This document shows positions 29,023-45,670 of a stretch of DNA of 64,000 bases, piece after piece (the stretch's first letter is position 1; each line of letters starts with the position of its first letter). Source of the stretch: the human T2T-CHM13v2.0 reference genome, Homo sapiens; the NCBI RefSeq assembly GCF_009914755.1, contig NC_060928.1. One strand, written 5' to 3'. Under the pieces are notes generated by a model, which saw only the letters and a program-made list of their open reading frames with translations, was not told the origin of the DNA and did not search any database. A program made the translations under genes and the position numbers.

Positions 29023-29824
29023 AAAGAATGTGTTTATTGTTCTTTCAGGATTTCCTCTTGCAAACCCAAACCTGAATATATATAAGCAAAGGCTAGTTCT
29101 TGAAGAAACTGCCAGGATTACTCTCAACTAGACAGATTTTTCTACAAGCACATTAATTCTGCTTCACTGGCCAACTGTTTTTAGGTCCAAGTTGCAAAAA
29201 AGTATAATGATTTCTGACAAGGACAAAAAATAGGCTTTCAATTTTCATCATGAGTCAGCAGTGAAGGACAAGGCACAAGTGACTTTTTAATATATGTTTC
29301 TCTAAATGAACATATAGAGAAGTAAAACCTAATGGTATTGTGGAAATCAGAACTTTTGAAAAGAAGGCAAATGAAATGAATAAATATTACTTTTAAACTA
29401 AAATAAAAAGTCATTGAGTAATTTTTATTTTAAAAATATACTCTAACAACTACCCATTTCCATTTTTTAAAAAATAAAGCCTTTGACTCCAATGCTTCAG
29501 TGAGTTGAGATGAAGTTTTAAATTTTTAGCTGAGTAATAACATTATATACCTATAAGCTGATCTCAATTTTAGGAAACCATCATTAAGTAAAAACATAAA
29601 TGTTTCAAAGATAAGATATTGTTGTTTCTTTAAAAACATAAACACTTTTTTAAAAAGTCTTTCTACATTTCCCTACGTGTTTCCAGAGTATCTTCGTATC
29701 TTTATAGAACTCAGTGGCTCTATGAATGAAAGACCAAGACCATGTCAATATACATAAGGAAAGGGATGGATAAAATTTAATTTTCTTTATAAATTAATAA
29801 AAAGTAATTTTCTTTACTCTATTA

Positions 29825-30167
<343 letters not shown>

Positions 30168-30328
30168 TTATTTTGTACTTGCATTCATGTGGGTTATAAA
30201 AAGAATGTTTTTATTACTTTTATAATAAAAAATAAAACAATATGTCAATTTTAATCAGAGTGAGAGAAGGGAGAAAAAGATTGGGAGCAAGAATTAGAGA
30301 TTGAGAGAAACTGATTTGGCCCCAGTGA

Positions 30329-30645
<317 letters not shown>

Positions 30646-31429
30646 ACCCTCAAATCTTGGCCTGAGTGGAGCAGAGTAAAACAAGGGAGAGGGGCAAAGC
30701 TTGGAATTCCCATTAATGACAAATCAGTAACTCAATTTTGCCCCTCATTGACTTTTGGGAGGCCTCCCAAGGAAGTATACATATGGATGGTAGTGAAAAA
30801 TTTGATGCCAGTTTCCTCCAAACTTCTAATACACTCTCTGGTGTTATGTAACAAATTTAAGAGGATTTGAAGGTGCTAGTCATCTAACAACCCTATGTAC
30901 ACACACTCACATTTTTGAACTAAGCATTTTTACCAGCTAATCTTATGTGTTTCTCAAAATGGTTCACTGACCACCTCCAACAGAACCTATGAGATGCTTG
31001 CAAAGACAGATTTCCTCCTCCCAGACTTTCTGAATCCAGAAGAGTAACCATAAAGTGTGCACTGAAGTAAAAGTCTTAGAAGATTTTTAAATTTGAGCTT
31101 GATCCACTATTTCATGCTTTTATCATGATGATTTAGCTACCTATCTTCAGCCACTCTCTTCCAGAATCCCTCAGGACTCTTTGATTTCCTATCTCAAAGA
31201 TAACATCACTTTGATAACATGCATATCAAAATTAATTGTATCCTACAAAAAATAAAATACTTCTGGCTAATACTGTAATTACAAAAAAAAAATCAATGCA
31301 TTAAAAAAAGCAAAGACTTTGAAAAGAGAGGAAAAGGAAAAGTAGTAGACCATCTCTCCTACTCTACACTAAGAGACACAGGATATATGTACCGTTGTTG
31401 CCACAATACCATGGCTCTAAGAAAAGCCT

Positions 31430-31750
<321 letters not shown>

Positions 31751-32064
31751 CTATGTCTCACTAAGCTCCTAAAGCTTCTCCTCTATGGGAGAGCCTAAGA
31801 AAAACATTAATCTAAAATTCCTTATCCTTTTTTAAATGTAAAACTGAAACTAATGGATAACATTTATTTTTCTTCATAAGTTATGAGTTACATCAGGTGA
31901 AAGATAGTTTTCCAGGCTTTGAGGATGGTAGTTTAATGACAGAGATCAAATATATTTATTTAATAAAACTTTTCAAAGCCTTTTGGTTTATGGTACAAAA
32001 TTTTGCTGAATTATCTATCATGACCAAGAAGAATTTATCTGGGCTGAGAATAAGGAGACTTTTG

Positions 32065-32750
32065 ATTCATTCATTCTTGCATACAGCTATTCAGTAAATA
32101 TTTATTAAGGGCTAACTATGTCCTAAGCATTGAGAATAGTTAACAAAACAGACACACTCCTTGCACCCAGACATGTTTTGGGGGAAAACAGACAAGTAAT
32201 CAGAAAAGCAGGGGACTAAAAATAAGGAAACAGGCTGGGCACAGTGGCTTACACCTGTAATCCCAGCACTTTGGGAGGCCAAGGCAGGAGGATCACTGGA
32301 GCCCAGGAGTTCAAGACTGGCCTGGGCTACACAGAGAGACCCTGTCTCAAAAAAAAAAAAAAAGTAAAAAGTGAAATTAGGAAACACACAGGAGGCACGA
32401 TAACCCCATCTTGTTGGGTCAGAGAAGGCTTTCTGGAGACATATTCAGACAGGACGAGTATAAGCCTGGCAAAGAAAGTGAGAGGGAACAGTATGGGCAA
32501 AGAGCCAGAGGCATGAGAGAGAAAGCACATTCAAACAACTCTAAGAAATTTAGAGCACTTGACCTTCAATTACAGAGTAAGTGGGAGAGTGTTGAGATGA
32601 AGGTGCAAGAAGTTAAGTGGAAGCAAGATCATGAGGACTCTTATAGGCCATGCTAAGACGTTTCTTTTTCATCTTAAGAGTAATGGGTAGCCAATGAAGG
32701 TTTTAAATGAATGAAGTCACGTGCTTGGATTTGTGATATATAAAGATCAC
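32065..32750 (-). mobile_element. L2 fragments interrupted by a FLAM
   Basis: attcattcattc...cagtaaatatttattaag; agagaaggctttctggag...; aatgggtagccaatgaaggttttaa. Confidence 0.7.
32233..32363 (+). mobile_element. FLAM_C
   Basis: Monomer with A tail. Confidence 0.88.
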
Positions 32751-33273
32751 TCACTGATGAAATGAAAGCTGGAGCTTGAGTAAGTCTGGTGGGAATGGCA
32801 CAGGTTTTAGACAACAGCAGGCCTTGTAGGTGAGGATAAGGCAGGCGTCATGGGCAGTGCGGTTACAGGAAGTTCCTGCATCTGTACCCTCCCAACTGGA
32901 GCATCATTTCAGAGCAACTCGTTAAATGTTTTACACATATGGGTGTATGAAGTCCATCGAGTGCCTTCTGCAAACAGTTTCACTCAGACACTTATCTGTG
33001 AGCGTAGGGGCAACAGCAAGATCTAACATTTCCTCATTTGTTTCGGTGCTTATCATGTTCTTAGATATAAAATTATGCTCCTCCCACCATGTGTCAGCTA
33101 CCAACATGCAACAATGTCAGTTTCAAGACTGAGAAAACAGTCATCCATATTTCCAACCAACAAGACAGAACTTGTAAAGGAAACTTCTCAGCTCACTTGG
33201 AACATGTTTTGGAAGATACAAGAAAGGCTGGACTGATGAGGATAGATAAGTAGGTAACTGAGCTACTAAGATT

Positions 33274-33326
33274 TTAGGTGGGTGCAAAAGTTATTGTGGT
33301 TTTGCCATTACTTTTGCACCAACCTA
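33274..33326. mobile_element. MADE1 (Hsmar1-derived MITE), internally deleted
   Basis: ttaggtgggtgcaaaagttattgtggttttgccattacttttgcaccaaccta; MADE1 terminal inverted repeats. Confidence 0.9.
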
Positions 33327-33509
33327 CACATTCAGTACTCAAAGGCAAACTTTTCAAAAGGACAGGCTTATCTTGCTTTATGTAGCAGATTTAGTCCAGA
33401 AAAATTATGTATAAATCTTTTTTTCAAAAAACTAAATTGTATTTTGAAAACATTTGGGGAGCTTTCCTATTTAAGAAAAATTAATAATTATTTTTAAGAA
33501 TCAAATAAT

Positions 33510-33551
33510 TGTTATTGTTTTATATATTTCTGTTATTGTTTTATATATTTC
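33510..33551 (+). repeat. 21-bp perfect tandem duplication
   Basis: tgttattgttttatatatttc x2. Confidence 0.9.
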
Positions 33552-33779
33552 TCAAGTGAGACACATCTACACTGGATTGCTTTCTCTTCTTACCAGCTGA
33601 GAAACAGGGTGTTCCCTAGTGTCATCTGTCACCTCCTAAAAAGTCCTTGAGTCTCTCAAGAGATGCCTTAACACCAGGATAGATGTTATAGTAAGTGATA
33701 CACCCCACAAGACGTTCTTTGATTGGAACCCTAGCTTCACTGGACTGGATCAATTGTGAGGCTAAGTATGGCAATATGA

Positions 33780-34198
33780 CTGAATGCCCATCCATGATAC
33801 TCATTTGCCTTGCTCTTTTTCAGAGATTAGTCTGCAGTGAAGCTATGGCAATGATTATGAAAACAGGAGTTGCCAGGTGGGGCTTCTGGGAAAGGTTTTT
33901 AAAACATACAGACTTGTCTGCATGTCCCTTTGGAGTTTTATTCCTTTGCTCTTCTCTTTTCTTCCTAGTCACAAACCTGAAGCGTGGCAGCAACCATCTT
34001 ATAGCCGTGGGGCAGCCCACATGAGAAAGACAATGAAGTAAAAGATGAAATCAGCTTAGTTTCCTGATAGCATCATCCAGCTGCCTTGTCAGCTCTAGAT
34101 TGTGTGCTCTAGACGTCTGTTGAGTGAAACAAGGCAATTCCCATACATGATTAAGATTCTATTTGTTGATTTTTTCCATTATTTCCAATCCAATCCAA
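33780..34198 (+). mobile_element. Old MLT1 (J/K-like) LTR
   Basis: ggtggggcttctgggaaaggttttt...gcagcaaccatctt...cctgatagcatcat, MLT1-like. Confidence 0.55.
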
Positions 34199-34503
34199 TT
34201 TTTTTTTTTTTTTTTTTTTTTTGGTGAGACAGAGTGTTGCTCTGTCACCAGGCTGGAGTGCAGTAATGGATCTTGACTCACTGCAGCCTCTGCCTCCCGG
34301 GTTCAAGCAGTTCTCCTGCCTCAGCCTCCTGAGTAGCTGGGTCTACAGTCATGCGCCACCATGCCCAGCTAATTTTTGTATTTTTAGTAGAGATGGGGTT
34401 TCACCATGTTGGCCAGGATGGTCTTGATTTCTTGACCTCGTGACCCGCCCACCTCGGCCTCCCAAAGTGCTGAGATTATAGGCATGAGCCACCGCGCCTG
34501 GCC
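34199..34503 (-). mobile_element. AluSc-like
   Basis: ccaggatggtcttgatttcttgacctcgtga diagnostic. Confidence 0.93.
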
Positions 34504-36099
34504 ACCCAACACAATCTTAATACTCTAAATTTCAATTAAAACTTCTCTGAATGTAAGGCACTAAGTTCTGTTGCTACTAACAGTATGTGGGATTCTGTGG
34601 TGATTTATTAACATGGACTAGAACTAGCAAGCCAATTTCTCTAAAATGTAAATATATTTAAAGTGACATTTGTATAGCCTCCCTCCTCTGTTGAGCTGCC
34701 TGATCTGTGGGAGCTCTGTCAGTACCATAAGACAGCGGGGAAACAAAAACAAAAAGCTGTCCTATACTTCCTGGGCATTCTGGCCGTAATTATTCTCATT
34801 TAATTAAGCTTGAATGACCAAGTACTAAAAATGACTGAACCAAGGATGCTAAAGCAAAACCAACACAGTAGCCCAAGGAAAAGTAACTCCCAGAAACATA
34901 TAAGGACAACGTTCTGTGAACAATTTTAGGCAAATTAAAGTGACACAGTAATAAGCAGTATTAAACCAAAGTGTCCACCATCATCCATCCGGCCAAGGAT
35001 TGGATAGTTCCCTTTAAGCAAAACATATCGTGTGGGCTGAGCACTGCAATAGCTACAGTGCTTACTCAGAAGCTCAACCTGTCTGGCAGGCTCCAGGGTT
35101 CTCAGACTAGCTTTTATGCACATGACCATCAGTCATTTTAGGATATCAAAGACAGAAAATTTATATCTGTGCATGGGTCTGTATTTAGGCATTTAAATGC
35201 ATACAAATATAGGTAAGTACACATTTCTTTCAAGGAAACATGTAAGTTTAACACATATAAAGATCATTAGATACTTCACTCTAACTCCCACTCCTATATA
35301 AAAGCTCTGGCTGCACTAGTTTATTTGAATATAAGAGAATTTTTTACAGGTAAGGAAGCTTTCTAAATTATCATTGACTGTACTACATGTAAGGTCTGCA
35401 CCTTGGACATTGAACTGAAAATAATGAAGTACCTAGGAAATATCTGTTGCGTTGATGTTCTAATCCCTGTTGCTTCACAGTATGATTCTAATTTACACTG
35501 ACAGAAACTGAGTTACAGAGAGGTGGGACACCTTTCATGAGTCACCAGAAGGGCTAGAAGAGTTTGGGATGCTGAAATCCAGAGTTGTGTGGATTATTTT
35601 TTTAATCTGAACTATTCAAATTATCTGTTTATATTGATCAAAATTGGCCATAGAATCTCCAAATCCTCAAGTTCATATTATGACAAATAGGCAGTCTTCT
35701 CTAGAAAACTAAACTGCCTCTTTTATAGACAGGGGTATTTTTAGAATTATCAGTAACAAATCCAAGTTAATACAGCGTATGTGAACTCAAAAACATGAAC
35801 GAGGGCTCCAGCTGGTTTACTTGTTTATTCAAAAACATTTACTCAATATCTATAATATTCATAAACATCACCTAGTTTAAAAAATCAAAAATTTCTCTTG
35901 CAAAGTGGAGAAACTAAAACAAGAAAAAAATTTTAAAAACTAAAGAAAAAAAACAAAAACTCCAATCCTCTAGGTCCTGTGGGGGTGAGGAGGGCCCAAG
36001 TATGAATATTAACAACAACCAAATGATTCTGTCATTGCCAGGAGGACCTGGGGACCTCACTTTAAGAAACACTGGTCTAGACAGTTCTAGATGCTGGTG

Positions 36100-37550
<1,451 letters not shown>

Positions 37551-38986
37551 AGTGTTCTATTGTAACCCACAGACACAATCAGGGCCTAATGAGTCTGTGA
37601 ATGGATCATTCATTTCTCCAACAAATATTTACTGAAGTTCCTGCATGCCAGGTGTTAGGCAAATAAACCTCAAACCTCAAGGACAGCCTCATCCTACTGT
37701 GAAAGCATAGCGAAAGCATGTTGCATTTCCTTACAAATGTTACACTGTGTATTAATAAAAGCTGTGAACTATGGCTTACTTAACACTGACACTGCACTTG
37801 GGCAAATGGGAAGAGGTAAGGTGACAGGCTTTGGGAAGATGAGGCTTGCGGAGGCGGGGTTGTCACAGGTGTCAAGGGAGCCTGAGAGGACAGGGAAAAA
37901 GGGAAGAAAAGGCATGCACCTTCTCATCTTGCTTAACCCTTCATTTAAGTCCCAAGTCTGTTTGGAGAGCAAAGTCCTAGGCTAAAAGGAAGTCATTATT
38001 TCCCAATATAATCTCTCTGGGTGTCCAAAGAAGAAAATTAAGATATGAAAGAAAAAGTTAAATTCACCAAATTAAACTAGAGTATTTCTAAGACCTGACT
38101 AACATTTATAGAAACAACTCACCTCATAGTTACTTAGGCAGGCACTGATTAAATGTCTATTACTTAAAGCTTCTCTAAAAATGTAACATCTAAACATCCA
38201 AAATGACAATTACCAGAAGCCTGTTTACATACGTTTAGAAAAGTAGAATAATAATATCCATAACGCTTTAACGCAGTAGATCCTGTGATTATTTCATGTA
38301 TCCATTCATTCGTTCAACAAATACTTATAAGGCTTACCGGCATTAAAAAGGTGAACTTGTGCTCATGAAGCCTACATTCTAGCAGGAGACAGAAATTAAC
38401 AAATAACTCTGAGGATACATTACAATGTTATAGTGTTGTGTACAAAAATAAAACAAAGCAAATGGCCCAGGAATGACAAGGCTTCATTAGGTGTGGTGCT
38501 CAGGGAAGACCTCTATTAGTGGAGTAGAAATATATGAACATAAATGCTTGAAGTGATGAGAGAACATATTTGACTGCATAATTGATGTCTGTTTCTGATC
38601 CCCAGGATATGGTCCTTCCTTCGATACTCCATCACTGAGCCCTACAAGTTGCCAGGCACCAATTTAAGCATGGTTTGGGAGGGATAGAAGTATTAAAACA
38701 CTTCTTACCCTCAGGAGTCACTATGACACATGGAAGAATGTGATCAGTCATGAGAAAATGATTTTTAAAAATTATGCTAAGTCAGCTGATAGTGGGATCA
38801 TTTCAGGCTGTAAGAACACAAGGCCTCTGGGGGGACATGTATTGTGGCAGGATAGAGAAAAGTGGAGATCGGGAAATAAAACATTACAGAATGAAGGAAC
38901 AACATGAAATAAAGGTTAGAGAATGTTTGTGCAGAGAATGAAGACATTTGGCAGATGTGTTTACAGTGTTTAAAAGGGATGATGTG

Positions 38987-39273
38987 AACTGGGTGTGGTA
39001 GCTCATGTCTGTAATCCCAGCACTTTGGGAGTTGAGGTAGGAGGATCACTTGAGGCCAGGAATTCGAGACCAGCCTGGACAACATTGCAAGACCTCATCT
39101 CTACAAAAAATTTTAAAATTAGCTGGGCTGGTTATGCAGGCTTGTAGTCTCAGCTACTCAGGAGGCTGGGGTGGGAAGATTGAGCCCAGGAGTTCAAAGC
39201 TGCAGTAAGTTGTGATCATACCACTGCACTCCAGCCTGTGTACCAGAACAAGGCCCTGTCTCCAGAAAAAAAA
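38987..39273 (+). mobile_element. AluJ
   Basis: TSD aaaag(g/t)gatgatgt. Confidence 0.92.
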
Positions 39274-39599
39274 GTGATGATGTAGGACATAAGGTGGAAG
39301 AGGAACTATGAAGGGCCTTATATTCCAGGCTAAAAATGTGAGTACTTTCCTTTTATGTATATCACTAACAGACGTATAAAATAGAACCTAGGATATTCTT
39401 CCTTTATTATGTGGATGTATAACTGGTTGACGATAAGAGAATCACCTTAAGGCTAACAAGGAAGTCATTTAAAATAATCTGAAGGTACCTAATGAATGTG
39501 ATTTAGTAAGCCTGTACCAGAGTCCAGTGTTTCTTGAGACTTTTCAGAAACTGCACTAAGAACTTGATGCTGATTTCTCCTTTCCTCTTCACACTAACT

Positions 39600-39745
39600 T
39601 CACTAGGTATGTGTACCATCCCCCATTTGCAGATAAAGAAATGCAGCACATACTGTGTTAAATAACTTGCGTAAGTTTGCATAACTTGTAAGAAATGGAG
39701 TGAGGTCTCAGTTCAAACTGGCTTCTGTATGACTTCAAAGCCAAA
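39600..39745 (-). mobile_element. MIR
   Basis: atccccatttgcagataaagaaat...gttaaataacttgc...gttcaaact, MIR core. Confidence 0.7.
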
Positions 39746-41648
39746 GTCAGCAACTTAGAAGGCAAAAATTATAATTTAGTTGGCAAATACGAGAAAAGGT
39801 CAGAAACACATGAAATGAAGCTCAATAGGAACACTTACAGGGTAGCAGGGTAGTAGCCTAGGGAAAAAAGTCAGACACTAAAATTGTTTAAATAGGTAAG
39901 TTCAAGGGACAGGTAAAGACCTTAGTGGGTAAGAAGCCAATCAGCAGACGAACTGCAAGCAAGCACTGTCTCTCTTTCCCTTCTGTCTCCTCTTGTAGTA
40001 ACTGACCACAATTAAGGCTGCCTAGGGGAATAATGAAGTAATCCTCCTATTATCAGCAATGGTCTGATCCAGTGCCAGGCACCACAGACAACTTGGTGTT
40101 CAGAGAAGATCCTTCAAGATGAACAAAGGGTCAAAATAAAAAATTCTAGAAGAGAGAAGACTGATCACAATTTAATGTAAGGCTTGGAAGGAACTGATCT
40201 CTACCTTCCTTAACATCTCAAGAACTTCCTCAGATTCATTGGATGTTGAGTGTGTGTGAGTCTAGTAGAAAAATGAATTTTTGTTTCTTAACTTGGATAT
40301 GTGATTAGGATGTTAATAATTAAGTCTGGGCTAATATTGAAGGTATCTTATGATGGGCTTCTTAAAGCATTGATCACAAAGACTGCATGTTCATAAACTG
40401 AGCTGCACTTGTTAGGATTCTAGATGTTTGAAATTTCTTGTGTTATTTTGGTCTCAGATTTCTAGACAAATTTTCTCAAATTCCTATTTCACTTTTTGAC
40501 ATATCATGAGTGACTCAAATGTTTGCCCTTGAGTCGGAAAACACCCAGCATTAGGAATAGGCACATAAACATAATACTTCAAGCTTCAGATTTAAGCTCA
40601 ATTATAAAGTGTTTAAAGGCTGTGCTGATAGTTCTTCTGAGTAGAATTCCTACAACTATGGGTTTGTCTATAATAAAATGTTCACTCTATATTGAACGCC
40701 TTATTTAAAACTCGAAATGTGTAAGTAGTAATAAAGAAAATATGTCCTCCTGTAACCAAAGCTAGGACCGATTACATGTTCACTTGACTGACAGATACAA
40801 TCACCTATATTAGGAGCAATCAGCACTTCCTTACAAACTAACAACTTGAGATGTAGTGTTCCCATTGGCTATGAAGATTTTCTTTATTTACTCAGAATAG
40901 TCTGTAGGATCTGCCAGCTGCCCCTGATTATACCAGCTGCACCCAATGATCACAGTGAACATTATTTTACATTCTAAATAACTGGTGCAAGGTGAGCCAT
41001 GGTTTTCTGAGTTTCCTATCACCTTTGTGTTTCAGGTCCTCAAATGTTAATTTGTAAAGCTGCTGTTTCAGGCAAAACTAACAAAATTAGCATCTAATCA
41101 ATAACCATACTATGTCCACCCATATCCTATAACACAGAAGTAGGGGAAGAGTGAGAAAGGTGGAAGTGGAGAAATAGAGGCCCAAAAAGAAAGTTTTATC
41201 ACAGGAATATCTAGATGTCTTCTGGGATTGTCTGTTAAAGAGCTGTGACACTCATATAAATGCAGAATTACTCTCTTTCTTCCTTGTTGGTTAGAAGGCC
41301 AAGGGTGCCATGGTAATACTACCAAACATATATCAAAGCTTGGCAGGAAAAATGGTACCTTCAGAAATTTTATAATCTGATATCAAATAGGTCAAGAAAT
41401 ATAATAAAACTAGTTTCTTTGGTTTCCTTAGAAACCTGGAAAACTTTAAATTAGAAACTTAGAAAGCTTTAAATCAGACTTTGTAGTTAAAAAAGGAAAT
41501 TTTAGTTCCTTCCAGCATTAGAATTCCGTGATTCTCTGACTCTGAGCCTGGATTAAATCTAGCCCAGCTGAGTGGAAACTTAAGTAACTAGCTGGTTGCC
41601 TTTAGTGATCTTCCACTTTATGGCTGCTTCCGCCTAAGAAGTTCATCA

Positions 41649-41702
41649 TCGTGACTTACTTTCTTTGGGGCAAAGTCGTGACTAACTTTCTTTGGGGCAA
41701 AG
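41649..41702 (+). repeat. 27-bp tandem duplication
   Basis: tcgtgact(t/a)actttctttggggcaaag x2. Confidence 0.92.
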
Positions 41703-44700
41703 TTGGAAAGCAGAGGTCAAAGTCAATCAGAAATGGGACAAACTCACTTCCTACTGCCTGGTGAAGGGGCCATTTTCAGTAGCCCCTTTTCAAGATTAGT
41801 TTCATTCAAGATTTGATAAGCTGTTTTGACTTTACTATAGATCTTATTATCCATGTCAGTTAAGTTTATGCTTCCACTAAATCTATCTGAATTCAAAAGG
41901 TAAAAAGCTAATGCTCAGTCTTATCAGATTTATCTTATTTATTAATAGAATGTGGATTTTTTTAAGCATATAACAATAATAGTAATGATAGGACCATAAA
42001 TGTGGATGGCTCTTTACAAGTCACTAACATTACATAAATTCCTCAACAACACACTCTGAGGCCATAACAAACTTTTAGAAATAACACAATTGGCTACGGA
42101 ACTCCAGCCATCTAGCTTCATGGGCTCCCACTTTAATTTCAAAACAACAGAACTGTGCACATTCATTTACATGATTAGGGCAGAGCTTAACTGTATCTCA
42201 TGTAGCACCTACATCATTCTTCAGACAAACTTATTGCCTTTTACAGACAAGAAAACTGGGGCTCAAAAAAGGACTTGCTTATAACTGGCTAATAAAGAGG
42301 AACTCTGGGTTCAAAGTGAGTCCAATTCTTTCTTCCACCCACAGCTTCTGCTAAAGTCATTACAGAAATGCATAGAGCAGTTCTTCCACGTTATTGCTTA
42401 GGTTTCTAAAGAGCAGTGACCTAATACAACATGCTCTATAATTTATTACTGATTTAACTATTTCACTAAGGATTCACTTTTAACTTTTAACTTGTAAATA
42501 TGTCTAATAAACACCACTGAAATAGCAACCTCTTTCTTCATGGCCTTGTGGTTGTAAAGCAAGCTAGTAATATATGTCTGTGGATTTGTGCTAATAAAGT
42601 TCTATACACCTCATTAATTCCACAAATCCTACTGGGTATTTCTTATCTGCCAGATCCTACGCTAGGTACTGGATACACAGTACTGAACAAAATGGGTACA
42701 AATGAGCCTCACAGAGCTTGTTTCATTGAAAAGCAGAGAGATACACACTAATCAACAAATTAATAGTAACACACTACGATGTGTTTTGAAGGAAAATTAG
42801 AGCATCAAAGAGACGGTGTTAGCAGGTGGAGGGGAGCTCTTTTAGATGGAGAATGAGAATGCCTCCCTAAAGACATGGGAATAAATTGAGATCACAAAAA
42901 ATGAGAAATAGCCAGCCTTGAGAAGAGCAGAAGGAAGAACATTCAAAGGAAAAGAAAGTGCATACTGGAAAGCCTGAACACTAGAGTTTGGTGTATGTAA
43001 GGAGCTGAGCAATGGTCACTTGTGTGATAAGATGTGTGGATGTGGGGTGGGGGGCAGGGGTGAGTCCCACGCAGCTCTTAAGTGTGTCCTCAGACTCCTG
43101 TGGTTTCCATCAGCCACAACCTGAATAACTGTGTGGTAATCCAAAAATGATTACAGATTAAACATATAAAAATATCATTACACCCATAGTACCTAAGCCA
43201 AGGACACAGTATTCTATCTTTTCAATGAAGATCTGCATGAAGTAAAATTATTATATATAATTTTAGGTATTGATATAGATACATCAGTGGATAGATATAG
43301 ATATGTGTCTCTGGTATAGAAAAAAGTTTTAAAGGGATATTAAAAGTTCTTATCTTGCAGGGTTGAAGATTGTGGCAACTTTCATTTCTTTTTAATTTTA
43401 AGAAAAAAGTGGTATTATGGGGGATTAGCATGTTTGTGGGTATATGTATATTTTTAATTAAAAAATAAACAACAAAATGAAAACGTTTTTCTTCTATGAA
43501 AGCCTAATAAGAAGAAATTTCAGCTGTTTTAACTTAGGGAGCTAAAAACATCAAATCCAAGAATGTTCTCTGGAACTGAGCTCAATACATTTTTATTTGA
43601 GTAAGAATTGGATACATTTCCATCCCCTTGGGGCTCCAGTCTGTCAATATTTTACTTTTCAGTGATAAAAAGACACATGTAGATAATCACAGTGACCTCA
43701 GTAACTTTCCTTCTCTTATTTAAGTTTATTTTATTTCTATCGTAGTTTTCCCTGTTAAAGATTTTTTTCTTTTTGCTTACATATATAATTTTAGAGAATA
43801 ACAATGCACACACAAAAAATTCCTCTTGTTCTGCTAGACCTGGACTTTTTCTCTAATATATATCTCCATTTTTTGTCTTTTTTCAGACGTATTTTGGAAG
43901 CAAAGGAGAGAATTGCTATATAGCTGACTTCCTCTTCTCATCAACAGTGTTTTAACAGTTTTTAAGCAAAAGTCAGCTTTGTTTATCTAAGATTTTTTTT
44001 GCTGGCATTTAACCTACCCCTGCCTCCCCTTTCCCAAGTCCACTTCAGCCGACCTCTCATTCGACAGGTACCACCCTCTAACATAACTGAAATAATGTCT
44101 ACCATTACTGGATCTTGCTAGCAAAGAATCTCAAATTTTCCCACTTGGTTGTAAATTATTTTGTAATCTCTAGTGTTTAAGGTGCGCTTGTCCTATCTAA
44201 TCCCCTCCCTGGCAGGACACCTTACAGAACCTACCCCTTACACTAGTCATTAAGCACCATCAGGGACGGATGGCTGTGTCACTGGTCTGTTTGGTATTCC
44301 CTACTGATCCTACCATGTGGTGATTATCTATGACTTCCCTAATCCCTGGCTGCCTTAGCTGGGACTGGCTGACATGCTTCTCAGGTTGCCGCTGGCTTTA
44401 CAGTCCTTTACTGCCCATGCCACTTTGGAGATAGGCAGGGCTAGTACTTTTCTATATAAGCCCCCAAACTTGACTTTGTGTTTCACAGTAGGTGAAAAAG
44501 TTGGGTCTCTTTTCTTTTACTTTTCTTTCCACAAGATGATAAAGCTAGGGGAAGCCTGTGGACATGGTTTATTTCTGCAACTGCAATGATTGATTGGTGC
44601 TTCCTGCTGCTTACTTCCTAAACTTTGTGCTCAGTGTCAGATCCCTAGCAGTTTCTATCCCCTGCTCTGCTAAAAAAGAATGGATGTTGACTCTCAGGCC

Positions 44701-44734
44701 CTAGTTCTTTTTAATTAAATTGTATTTTTGTTAT

Positions 44735-44862
44735 CATTATTATTATTATTATTTTGAGATGGGGTCTTACTCTGTCGCCCAGGCTGAAGTGCAGTGGTGC
44801 AATCACAGCTCACTGTTTTAGCCTCCTGAGTAGCTGGGACTACAAGCGTCATGCCACCATGC
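44735..44862 (-). mobile_element. AluJ fragment with (att)n tail
   Basis: gagatggggtcttactctgtcgcccagg... Confidence 0.85.
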
Positions 44863-45165
44863 TTCTTTTTAATTTTTTAAAATGGTTTTCTGCCTTCAAT
44901 TCTAAGCACTTCTCAATTGTAACCAAGAGATAATACTTTTTATGAATTCTTAAAGTTATCAACAGATACTCAAAGTTTTAGCAAAGTCTAAATGATATTA
45001 AGCTTGTCCTTATTGCCCAAGTGACTTCAATGACTATTTGTTAATTGCAACCAAGGGTCATTTTTTAAATGAATATATATTATTATTATATATATAATAT
45101 TAAGGTCCTCAAATACCTAAAAGTTTAGCAAAATCTAAATAATATTGTGCATATTCTTTTATTAC

Positions 45166-45286
45166 TGTATTAGTCCGTTTTCATGTTGCTGATAAAGACA
45201 TACCCAAGACTGGGCAATTTACAAAAGAAAGAGGTTCACTGGACTCACAGTTCCACGTGGCTGGGGAGGCCTCACAATCACGGCAG
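45166..45286 (-). mobile_element. THE1B-like LTR, 3' fragment
   Basis: tgtattagtccgttttcatgttgctgataaagacatacccaagactggg...cctcacaatcacggcag. Confidence 0.85.
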
Positions 45287-45302
45287 CTTACGGGATTGTT
45301 GA

Positions 45303-45670
<368 letters not shown>

